Positions 52,453-64,000 of a DNA stretch of 64,000 nucleotides are shown in pieces. Made by a program: the position numbers and the translations under genes. Within the stretch, counting starts at the first letter, position 1. Each line of letters opens with the position of its first letter. Under the pieces are notes generated by a model that saw only the letters and a program-made list of their open reading frames with translations, was not told the DNA's origin and searched no databases. Source of the stretch: Antedon mediterranea (taxonomy: Eukaryota; Animalia; Echinodermata); assembly GCF_964355755.1 (NCBI RefSeq), contig NC_092672.1, positions 8,060,001 to 8,124,000 of the forward strand, in the 5' to 3' direction.

Positions 52453-53552
52453 ATTTTTTTTTTCGTACATAAGTTGGGGACCCCATCGTGAAACGTCACA
52501 AAATAAACATGAATAATTCATCAGTTAAATTTTCTTGTTCCGTGTGCACCCAAGCGTATAGCAACAAGAAGTGATTACACAAGTGCGGTACGATTCTAGG
52601 CCTATCTCCGCTGATTTCATAATAGAATAGCGGAGTTTTGTGTGTCTCTAAACCCCTGTATATTCTAGTAGTAGCTGTGTGGGTGTGTGTGACTTGTGTC
52701 TTTGGGCTATGTCCAATTACTACTTAGTTTAATGTTTTGCCTAGCTGTCGATTAGCCTCGACACATTTTGCATAGTGGACGTGTGTGTGAAGAAGAGTGC
52801 GCGAAGGCAATCACGTGAATTGACCTAGAATCCTATACTAGTCCTATTATTGTAGAAAGAATCGTATCGCAGTTGTTGTTCCGTGTGCACCCAAGTGTTC
52901 TTGGACATAGCCCAAAGAAAGCTTAGACCCACAAGAATAAAGAATGTGTATAATTTGTGTACTGTATTTTTTAAATTCTGCTATCAATTATCAAACAATA
53001 TGCAATGTACTCAAAGGAACTTTAAAAATGCGCGTATATGAACACATGAGATGGGAAGATTTGACCCACGAGAATAAAAAAATGTATTTTTGTGTAATGT
53101 TTATTGTTTAATTTTGCTGTCTTATTACTCGGATTGTGTCATACCAAAGATAGTGTAACTATCTTTGGTCATACCTAACACACACACACACGTCACACAC
53201 ATCCACACAGCTACTACTAGAATAAACATGGGTTTAGAGACTAATAATTAGGCCTAATAGTATCAATAGAAACTATAATTTTAACACGTAATTCTTTAGT
53301 AATAAATTATATTAAAAAACACCATAAACCATGGAGTAACTAAAGGCCGATTATTTCGACAATCCACACAAAACGCCGCTATTCTTCAACAGCGGAGATA
53401 GGCCTAGAATCTTACCGCACTTGTGTAATCACTTCTTGTTGCTATACGCTTGGGTGCACACGGAACAAGAAAATTTAACTGATGAATTATTCATGTTTAT
53501 TTTGTGACGTTTCATGAGGGGGTCCCCAACTTATGTACGAAAAAAAAAATCG
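51349..53552. repeat. 2.2-kb near-perfect palindrome (arms of about 1.1 kb, 13-nt spacer at 52439-52451)
   Basis: 52452-53552 is the reverse complement of 51349-52438 apart from an 11-bp indel and at least one substitution. Confidence 0.95.
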
Positions 53553-54267
53553 CGGCCCGGTAGCGTAATTTGTTTTTCCAGGACGAACGTGGGCAGAAAT
53601 CCTGAATAATTCATGATTAATTATGTATTTGATGAATGGGCAGTAAATAAAAACAAAACAAAAAAGAAATAAATGTTTATTTTAATGTAAATCATTATTG
53701 ATAGTTTCGTTTTATTTATTCGACCAATATCAATATAATGATGTAGGCCTACAAATTACAAAATGCTTAACACACACAAAATGGTTACAAAAATATAATT
53801 GAAATTCATTTTTAATTTTAAAATATTAAGTCTATAACATTGGTACACTTAAAGGGCAGCTTTGGGTTTAACATTTCTATTGCTTATAAAATATAAACCT
53901 AATGAATATAAACAACATTGATATAATCCCGCTTATATTATATGTATGTATTATTTTCACAGCGACGACGAACGAGTGACGTTAAATAAGCTTCATTTAT
54001 ACAAAAGCGTTGAATGAATGTTTCGTTATGTTATAAAATTATAGGAATGTTATGTTATGTCTAAGATAGCTAGTAATTTTTGATAATGAATACTCTCTTA
54101 AAGTAAATAATAATTAACTTAAATATTATCTTGTTTTGTTATTATCGTTTGTGCATAATTAACCTGCAAAGTTTTGTTTTTTAAACGAATTTTCAAAGAA
54201 AGTATTACATTATAGTTCGTAACATGAGTTAATAAAACATCAAACAGAAAAGAACAGTATGTTTAAT

Positions 54268-57128
54268 CTATAAACCATCTAGATAACTTCTACTTGATAT
54301 ATCCGCTCTATCAACGTTCACTTCATTTACTGCTGTGCTGGTTACATCATCATCATCCTTTTTGCCTAGGTAGTTATACATAACAACGGCGGGAACCATA
54401 ATAACTAGACCAAGCAGTGTAAACCCGGTCGCTAAGTTGAATACAGGATGCCAATGGAAACTAGGTTCTGGTTTAAAAAACGTCCAGAAGATCGCTCCAC
54501 ATGGTGTCACAAGAGATTGGACAATAACCAGATATATCGCGCCCTCTGCAAAGCGCACAAGTAAGATGATGAACAGATTTGCTAGGCAGTAAGAAACTAT
54601 GAAAAGTAAGGATAGATAGGTGGCGCTGTGACATTCCGGGTCTTGACCATACATGCATTTTGTGCCGTAGACAAAATGGTCCCAAAATTCCGAAGGATTG
54701 CTAGCCTGCAAAAAAAGAAAAAAATACACGCACATTACTATCTAATAAAATGGTATACCTATTGTATTTGTAGATTTTAGGTAGGCCTATAATGTAAAAC
54801 GGTTTTTTATTTATATAGATATATTTTAAAAAGAACAAAATTAATATACTAACAGCGCCAAATCCAGGGATAAAATCCGTCCAAAATAAAAGAAGTATAA
54901 AAATGAAGTTGTAAAGTTGTATCCAGGCTAGAAATATAAACGATTCGGTCTGGAATAAAAGTAAAACAGAATTATTACATATGAGTGAGAAGAACGCACG
55001 TCTATTGTCCGAAATATAGAATGCCCGCTATCTACACTTCTTGATCCCCATTGTGACGCAACGCAACGACGTAGGAGCAACGCAACGAGTGAGTTGACCA
55101 TGACAAGCGAATAATACATCCCTTGTGATTGGTCAAATAACTAAAGCTTGGTGTTCCCACTAAGGACGCAACGCAAGGACTTAGACGCAACGCAAGCTTG
55201 TTCACCAATGACAAGCGACAGTTCAAATAATTCATTGCTTGTGATTGGTTAATCACTAAAGCGTGGTTCCCACTAGCGACGCAACGCAAAGACGTAACGC
55301 AACGCAAGTGAATTGACCAATCACAAGCGATGGCTTATTCGCTTGTGATTGCTAACTGTCTATAACTTCGCTTGTCATTGGTTAAAACACTTGCGTTGCG
55401 TTTACGTCCTTGCGTTACGTTCTAGTAGGAACCAAGCTTTAAGCGTGATTCCCACTAGAACATAGCGCAAGGACGTAAACGCAACGCAGCGACTTTTCGA
55501 CGCAAAGTGGTGTATTGCGTAATCACAAGAGGAAACCGACGATGCAACAGTGTTGAAACATCGCAGATTTGATTTCACGCAGGCGGGGGCAAACATAATT
55601 ATTGGAAGGGCATTTGCTTATGTTGCGTAGGTTGCGTTACGTCGCATCGCTAGTGGGAACCAACCTTTACGTTGTGTTACGGCCTTGTGTTGATTCTCAC
55701 TTGAGGCGGAACACAAGGACGTATCGCAACGTAAGTGAGTTTACCAATCATAACACGCGATGGTTTTTAACTGTTTCTTGTCATTGGTCAATACGCTTGC
55801 GTAATTGCGTTTGCTTCATTGCGTCGCGCCCTAGTGGGAAACAAGCATTACGTTGCGTCCATACATCGTTGTGTGAACCACGATTAAGCTTATCCTGTGC
55901 TGACCTTTATTATCATCTTAATCATCAACATGATCTGACCAACAGCATTAACGCATATAATGTGTGGCGATCTTAGTCGTCGTGCATAGCAATGCTGCGG
56001 TAAGTCTATTGTTTTGTAATAGGCCTAATATGTATAAAAAAACTTACATCGTCTTTTTTCAGCTCTTTTTCTATGACTACATTGAAAATACCCAGCGGTA
56101 GGAACCCCAGTGCAAATAGAAAAGGCCACATTACACGTGTGCCAGAGCTGCTCGATTCGGACAAACTGTCTGAAGACGATGACGTTGATTGGTCCACATC
56201 AAATATAACTGGCTCAAGTGAGATGAATAAACCAATCAAAACCACGACTGTACACACTAGACGTCCCTTTCCAACACCTGATAAAAGTTATGGTATATTA
56301 TCAAAATCAACATCCTAAAAATACGGTTTTACAGGTTCACAGGCTAGTTGAGCCGGGTTAAGTTAGCAATAAGACTGTGCCCAGTATCAATCAATATTAC
56401 TCAGGTAGTAATTGCACGGGCCGCTTTATTTTTTCCTATGAAGTTAAGGCAGAAATCATTATTTTCTATTACAAAGAATTGCAAGATAGCTTTAAAACTG
56501 TGTTCTAGTAGAAGTTATATTATATCCACTTATCAGTTCATCGTCATCCACAACTCTTGCATAATAAATCAGTTTTGTTCAAAATCAAATAAAATGTATT
56601 CGACCTACCTTTACGCAGAATTAAATATCGACACACTACGGTGAATGGAATAATTGACGTGCTCAACACAGCTTGTAGTTCTGGTGCCGTACGCGTAGGA
56701 TCGCTTGCGTAAACCACTAATAGACCGTTCACCGAATTCAGCGCACCGCAAAGTATCATTGTGCGTTGTGGCACGGAGGAACGCATCGACGAACATCCTT
56801 GACACCAACTATTCAGGAATACTATACTAAAAAATACGAACGGGAACCAGAACGAAGAGAGAAAAAGAACAGGATATTCGTCCACTCGATTTGTACCGTT
56901 AGTGTTAGTTTTGTCCATAGATTCGGAATAAAGCGGCAGACTGACGTTCATAGCGACGTTTGTTATTACCGTCATAACTGTCAAAAATACGTTCAGACCA
57001 CGTTTTGAAATAATGGCCTGTTTCGGGCCTCGTATCGGCAGACGGTAGTGAAATGTGAAATGACTTTCTTTCTTAATTTCATTGTCGTTTGGCGGAAGAA
57101 GCCAAGTCGTCTCTCCTGTTTTTTCCAT
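54268..57128 (-). CDS. CRT-like membrane transporter, copy 2, about 427 aa
   Basis: Coding exons 57128-56609, 56277-56048, 54949-54854 and 54705-54268 are GT-AG and in frame. Highly similar to copy 1, with a likely non-coding exon 1 donor near 58066. Confidence 0.87.
55045..55890. mobile_element. Nested cluster of Harbinger-like MITEs in an intron of CRT-like copy 2
   Basis: Repeated AAGC(T/G)TGGTTCCCACTAG / CTAGTGGGAACCAAGC termini and ACGCAACGCAAG motifs. A complete unit lies at about 55258-55441. Confidence 0.75.
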
Positions 57129-59712
57129 TGCGTGACATCAATATGTGTCGTCCGTATAAAAAGACGTAACTGAAATTAAAAAAATAATAACGGTGTAGAT
57201 AAATATTGCCTATTGAGCTATCATAAATCTAAAACCACATTAGGCTTAAGGATCAGTTCATTCTCTTGAATACCTATATGGCGCGTATTGTTTTGCTTGA
57301 CAAATAATTGTTTTAGGCCTATCAAAGTAGTCAGATTGTCCAGATAGTATTAGGCCATGGAGAATCTCAATGGATAGGGAGGAACAATAAGCACATAAGA
57401 CCTAAGTCAAAAACTGCTATTGATAAATCTACAAAAGAACAACTGTTACTGTGGCGTAATCACTGTCTTTGCTAAATCGGAACCATTGTGTATGCATCTT
57501 GCCTATAATGAACTTTCTAATACAAACATCGGCTAACATTAAATTCCCATAACCGATATCGTTATCTTAAGTATGTAATACAATTTCATTTTTCCATTAC
57601 GGTACGCGTTAGGTCTACTAAAGATAACCCTCCGTGGTCACAAGACCAGATTCACCGGTTCATGAGCCAAACCCATTCGAAAAATAGGCCAATTGGATAT
57701 AAACCGCGGTGTGTTTGTGTATGGTGTGTGGACTTAATAGGGCTATATCCCAACATTATTTATTTAACGGAGGAATATTATGCATCCACTGGACGGACTC
57801 AAGTTTATAGTGTAAATGGTTTTGACCCACCTCATGAGTGAATTATCTTTCGAGTCGTTAACACCATATTTTTCCCTTGAACAATGTGGACTCTATAGGC
57901 TACAAGAGTGTACTTTGACAAGTAAATTTACATAAAATTAGGAGACCATGTCGAGGAAGAACAAGGGCCATGATCGAACAAAAACCAGTCGGGTTTTAAC
58001 TCTATAGGCCTATATTATTGAATAAAATTGATTGAAAGCATACAATAATTCTCTAGAAGTCTTACCTGTAGCAGCAGTAGTCCGACGTGCCGTGGTTGTT
58101 TATCGCTAAACTGTTGACAATGACAATCTAATTCGTACCTGGTATTGTATACACTAATAACTCACGTGAGTTGTATTGATAGTTTACCTATGATGCAACC
58201 AGCAACCGGATATGAGGCGACGGTAAAATATTAATACCAAGAGTATACTGACGAGTCAAGCATAGCAGGCTATCCATGCTTAAAACTTAGACTAATTGTG
58301 TTTCATGTGTCGCTTCTCTTCTAAGTTTTATTATGCTAGAAAATCGAACGAAACCACGGGACGAAAGCACATACTGTTTCGATGACAACAGGCGAAATAC
58401 GATTTTTTTGCCGGTGGGCCTACGGAAGATCATGTGATAAGATGCAGGAGTTGTTTCAATCAACGTTTTTTTCATTTCACGTGATTGAAAACCACAAATA
58501 ATTACGAAGTTGGTATTATCCGGGCTACATGAGCAATAGGAAATATCTTAGACATGTCCCGCGGATTAATAATTTCGATTATAAGGCGCGCCGAGATTAT
58601 CATAATCTTCCAATAAGTTAAACAAAATAAATAATAGGCCTACTGATAGTTATTAATTTAGGTTCTTGAATTTGATTGGCATTCTTTTAATGATGATTCT
58701 CGGGTGATAGTAATGATTTTTACGTAATTTTAGGCCTACATTATTCTTGTCATTCTTTTTACCCTTTTAAACCCTACGTTTCATTGTTGTATAGATTTTT
58801 TGCAATTATTGAAAGAAATAAATATTTATTTTGATTGATTAATTATTATATGATAATACCTAGCCCTAAGTTATCCATGAGGTAGGCCTAAATTCTATCA
58901 TTTTACCAACGTCGGTTTCCTACACTTTATCGCGCTATAATATTCGAGATAAATAACTGGGCCACCATACAAAAAAAGCTACATTTATAATTTATAGGCC
59001 TATTGTGTTGTTATTTTTCAATTGAGAGTAGGCACAAGGCCCGAGGAAGTGGTAAACCATGATATCACGTAGGCCTACATCATTCAATAGGTAAGTGATT
59101 GTAATGCATGCTTTACACGGTATCAACAAAACAATAAAGAATAGGTGAAATGTTTTGAAAGAGTCGAATCATTCTGTAATACATTTTCATGTTTCCTTGT
59201 TTTGCGGTTTGAACTCAATAAGGATTAAAATGAAAACTACCTAGATCCATCAATAAAGTACATAGTCAATCATGCATTGTAAATGTTGTAGGCCTACTAT
59301 GTACATAGAACGATTATTTTAGTAGTCTTTTAAGTAAGCGTATGGATTTTTGAGTTCGCGCCTTTTAAGACACACCGTTTCATAACGTGATTCTATTGGT
59401 CAATTGTATAGACACACCTCTAAAGTAGTATACGACATTTTACTGTGTACACATGGTGTTAAATTCCGCAAGTTCTAATTACATAACGAGATAAATTATA
59501 TTATGTAATATAAACACCATTAGTAATTGTTTGTAAACAAAGGTAGTTGATTTATTATTATAAAAAAAAAGTTGAGTTGACCTTTGACATTAGATTATCG
59601 TATGAGTAAATTTCATTCACATGTTGTGACACTTCCATTTCTCTCTGGTCGTCGGTTCTGATTTATATTTTTGTTCATTTACCTTGCTAGGCCTAAGTTA
59701 AGAACCTAAACA

Positions 59713-62635
59713 ATGCTTCGTGTGTGTCAAAACCAAATTAAAGTGAATTTTAAAAGGTATAGTAATATTATTATTTGTTTTACTTTGGCAAAAGCTAGGC
59801 TTACATATAGGAGAGCCAGGCCTAGGCCTGCCTAGTAGCTAGGCCTAGGCCTAGGCTGGCTAGGGTAGGGGTATAGGCTATAGGGAGGCCTACTAGGCCT
59901 AGGGCCTAGCCAGGCCTTTAGTTAGCCTACCTGACCTGACCTGACTTGGGTATCTAAGTAGTACTACTAGTAGGCCAGACAGAGTGAGTGCAGGGCTAGG
60001 CTAGGTAGGTAGGACTAGGCCTAGAGTGCATAGGCCTAGCTAGGGCCTAGTAGGCCTCCTATGTCTTAATAGTACTAACTAACGCGAGGCTTATCTAGCC
60101 TAGTAGTAGGCCTAGACTAGCCTCTATTTAGTACTAGGTATTAATTAGCAGTAATACTGTAGTATGAAGGTCACCCACACAGATTGTCAATTAAAAAAAA
60201 AGGTACAACAAATTGTATTGTTTCGTGTAATTGTTTTGCATAACAACATGTTTTAATATTATTTTAAAATAATTTAGGCTTCTTATAAGGTCGCAATCTA
60301 CACTTTCCGTTGTCAACGAACCTTGTAAGACATTTGCTAAAGGTTCTCCTGAACGAGATCTTGCTCAGAAGGTTAGTATTTGCACATTTTGACTGTCATA
60401 AATGATCGAACCCAACCACCTGTCTTTTTCAGCGTCAACTATGGTTGAAAGCAGAAATTGACACCTACCTACATACAGTACCTGTTTTCTTCTTAAATCA
60501 GTTTCAATTAGAACATCTTTATGTAACTAGTCTATATTTAGAGTGGGCCTCCAATGACAAGCCTCTTTGGTTTCTTTAAGGTTTATCCACATTTAATTTT
60601 CATTACTCGTAATGATTGTACTTGTGTAATTACCATACACTTTAATGGTTTTGTTAATTGATGTGTATTGCATTTGATGAATAAAACATATTAATTAATT
60701 GAACAAAAAAATAAAGAAAAAAAATTCATTTACAGTGCTTTATAATAATAAAATATGGAATGTGTGTAAATAATAATTGGATAAATGAAAAACCTTATTT
60801 CATTCATTTATTTTACACATTTATTTCCATTCATCCATTAAATCAACGGATGATGAGTTTCTCTTTTACAATAATAAAGAATTGAAAGAAGGCTTAATCC
60901 CAAAAAGAAAAGTCTGGTAAGACAACAAAACAAACAAAATTGAAAATTGAATAAAATTGTTGTACACTTTTTAGGCAATTGATAAGTTGCAATCAACGTG
61001 TGAAGAAATACCATGTGTAGTGGGAGGTGAAGAGGTGCTTACGGGCGATGTACGCTATCAAGTTTCGGTAAGTGAACAGGCAGAGAAATCAAGGCATAGA
61101 ATTACATGATATGATATTACATTTTTTATCTAGGAACAAGACAAGATTAAGATTCAAGAAATGTTATTGGTCCACTTTAAAATTGAAATTTGTTTTGCTT
61201 GGCATAATTAAAACCATAAAACAACAAAGAAAAATTGCAAAAGGCAATGTTAAAATACTATTTATATTATATTTAATAATGATATCTTGAAAGTTCCAAT
61301 TGTTGGTATCGTTTTGGATCTGACAAATGCAAGATTAATAACAATATTTTATAAATAATAGTTTTATTTTAAATATTAGTCTTGTCTTTTTTTCTTAAGC
61401 CTTACAACCATCAACATAAAGTATGCAAATATCATTACGCAGACAAAGTAAGTAGATTCTTCCTAAATTTTGAGATTTTTTTTATGTTTGTTATTTTCTA
61501 TTGCACTCATCTATACACATGGGATATTAATATGACTGGAATTGTACTGGGAATGTTTTAAACTAAGGGGTATCTTTGCTTTTCTAAAAATGCTATTTCA
61601 GTGCAAACAATAAAAGTATGATATTACTAATTTCTAGGCACTTGTAAACAAAGCAATAAACTGCGCATTATCAGTTCGACAAGAATGGGAAAGGAAGCCA
61701 CTAGCTGACAGAGTACAGATACTGATGAAGGCAGCTGATCTTGTGTGTACAAGCTACCGATATGACCTGATGGCAGCAACTATGGTGGGCCAGGTGAGTA
61801 ATAATTATAGCCATTTCAATAGCCTAATAGAAAAAAATATGATTTAAAAATCCTTAAAAGTACATTCACATGGTGCTGGGTTGTTAAATAATTTAAACCT
61901 ATAGAGAATGGGATGATGCCGTCTTCAGTTATTTTGAAATGTGAATGAAGGTATATAAGCCTATTTCTACCATATTATCATTGTGGGTTAAATGCAGACA
62001 TGGAATGCAAACAGTTCCTATAAAGCTCTGTATACACTATCAAACTAGTTTGACAAAAAAAGTTTGATGTGCCCAAATATGGTAGTGATATGATGTCATG
62101 TCCATATTTTTTATTTGCTTTTTTGATGTATTTTAATATTTAAGGTGATTATATATATTATTGATGTATTTTTAATGTTATGTATTGAGATGCCAAATAA
62201 ATGAAATGAAAAAAATTAAAAATACATGGGCACATCACATTTTTTTATTAAATAAGGTTTGACAAAGCTTTAGATTATATTTATCCATGTGTCCTCTTCA
62301 TAATGCTACCCCTGATGTCTAGTTAGATCTTCTGTAGGTACAGTACTTAATGAATACATATTCAATCTATTAACAAATAATTTAATTTACAATTACGTTA
62401 TTTTTAATAGGGAAAAACAGTGATCCAAGCAGAGATTGACGTCATCGCTGAGCTTGCAGATTTCTACCGTTTTAATTGCAAATATGCAATGGAACTGTCT
62501 AACTATGAGCTGATAAGTACAAAAGACAGCACAAACTCTTTAGACTACCGTGGACTGGAAGGCTTTGTAGCTGCTATATCACCGTTTAACTTCTCTGCAA
62601 TTGGTGGTAATCTATCTGCAACACCAGCTTTGATG
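59713..62635 (+). CDS. ALDH4A1: Mitochondrial delta-1-pyrroline-5-carboxylate dehydrogenase, exons 1-6 (gene continues beyond the window)
   Basis: Exons 59713-59756, 60278-60371, 60975-61067, 61400-61447, 61638-61793 and 62411-62635 splice in frame. They give NEP..F.KGSPER, IPCVVGGEEV, TMVGQGKTVIQAEID and YRGLEGFVAAISPFNFSAIGGNL. Confidence 0.96.
59785..60140. repeat. TAGGCCTA/CTAG-rich low-complexity tract in ALDH4A1 intron 1
   Basis: Dense palindromic TAGGCC and CTAG words. Confidence 0.7.
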
Positions 62636-62784
62636 GTGAATAACAATTTTATGAACTTTTGATGTGGTGGTTTACAAAAAAATTAGAGGGACAAACTGTA
62701 TATTACAGTATTAGTGTTTGTGCTATAGCTAAAATAGGGTGCCCTATATTTACGTTGAATTGCCACAGTCCATCTTCTTTCGAT

Positions 62785-64000
62785 AGAATGTGGCAGGGTT
62801 AAGGGGCTTTTTGGCCCATTATAAACCCATGTGTTTATTTATCTCTTTCTTGAAGCAGAGTAGGTTTGGAGCGGATATTGCACTTTGTGGTAAGTTGTTC
62901 CAGTCATTTACTACACGCTGGCTGTAGACAAATTTCCTACTGTCCAGATTTGGTTTTTCTTTTCTCAATTTGTACGAGTGTCCTCTTGTCTTTCCATACT
63001 CGGCTTTCTTAAACATTTTTGTAGGCTCAATTTTTATCTTTCTGTATTATAATGCGGTATGTTTGTATAAGATCACCTCTTCTCCTTCTATCTTCAAGCG
63101 TTGTGAATCTTAATCTTTGTAGCCGCGTTTCGTATGGTAGGTATTTCAATTTGCTAATGTTTGACTGTTCATGTAGATCAAAAAGCACAATGGCCCCAAT
63201 ACTGACCCCTGAATAACTGAACATTTTTTAATTCAGACTGTGTTCCTTGTGCAATAACTTTCTGTTTTCTATTTGAGAGCCATGCTTCTATCCACTGAAT
63301 CAATTCCATAGGCAAGCAGCTTTGCGATTAATCGCTTGTGCGGTACTGTGTCGAAGGCTTTAGCCAGGTCTAGGTAAACTACGTCGATAGGAGTACCGTC
63401 ATCAATAGACTTTGAAAGATATTCAAGGCGTTCAAGAAGGTTGGTGGTACAGGATTTACCTTTGCGAAATCCATGCTGTGAGTCGCAGATGAAGTTATAT
63501 TTGTCTAAATGTTCAATCAGGTGGTCTCTGATGATGCTTTATAGGACTTTACCCATCACAGACGTTAGGCTATCGGTCTATTATTTTCAGGCCTGGTCCA
63601 GATATGGATTGGTTATACAGGCAAGCTAGGGGATGACATAATTGGCTTGACAGTTCTTTTAGAATTCTCGGGGATATGCCATCTGGTCCTGCTGCCTTGG
63701 TTGGGTCTAGTGCATCAAGCTTTATCTTGACGCATTCCTTTGTGTTGTTAATATTACAGAGCTTCTCGTTTATTTCTCCTTTAAATTTTGTACTCATCTG
63801 TGGTATCTCGCCCTGCTCTTCTGTAAATACTGAAGAAAAAATCATTTAAGGCATTCACGGTTTCTTGACCTTCCGGTAATTGTTCTCCTGTATCCTTTTT
63901 TAGTGGTCCAGTAGCATGTTTAATTTTCTGTTTGGAGCGGACATAGGCGTAAAAACGCTTCGGGTCTTCTTTAATATTGTCTGCTAATTTCTTGTATTGT
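62785..64000 (-). mobile_element. CR1-clade LINE, 3' portion with internal deletions, antisense in an ALDH4A1 intron
   Basis: KRFYAYVRSK, KAAGPDGISPRILKE, VYLDLAKAFDTVPHKRL, LEDRRRRGDLIQTY and TRGHSYKL...SQRVVNDWNNLP. Confidence 0.92.

Noticed and set aside
55032-55976. Arg/Cys/Val-rich ORFs
   Set aside because: They are translations of the nested MITE repeats.

Overview
AT-rich eukaryotic genomic DNA, inferred to be from an invertebrate deuterostome and probably an echinoderm (spliceosomal introns, Nin/Deu-type SINEs, abundant TAGGCCTA). Most ORFs in the supplied track are spurious. (1) At 36084-36120 on the minus strand, a 37-nt first coding exon (MRSKGKARKVTK, phase-1 GTAAGT donor) matches exon 1 of PRDM16/MECOM, so 1-36083 is most likely part of its very large first intron. 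That intron carries MITEs, SINEs, CpG-containing islands and a canonical-looking minimal hammerhead ribozyme in sense orientation. (2) 37.8-44.2 kb is a tandem array of 34 tRNA-Lys(CTT) genes and pseudogenes (146-bp unit, higher-order repeats). Three copies carry an ochre-type TTA anticodon and one is split by a doubly truncated LINE. (3) 46.9-58.1 kb holds two tandem paralogous CRT-like (chloroquine resistance transporter family) genes separated by a 2.2-kb near-perfect palindrome built from a CACGG-terminated foldback element. (4) 59.7-64 kb holds the first six exons of ALDH4A1 (P5C dehydrogenase) with an intronic CR1 LINE. All calls were made by eye; no searches were run.
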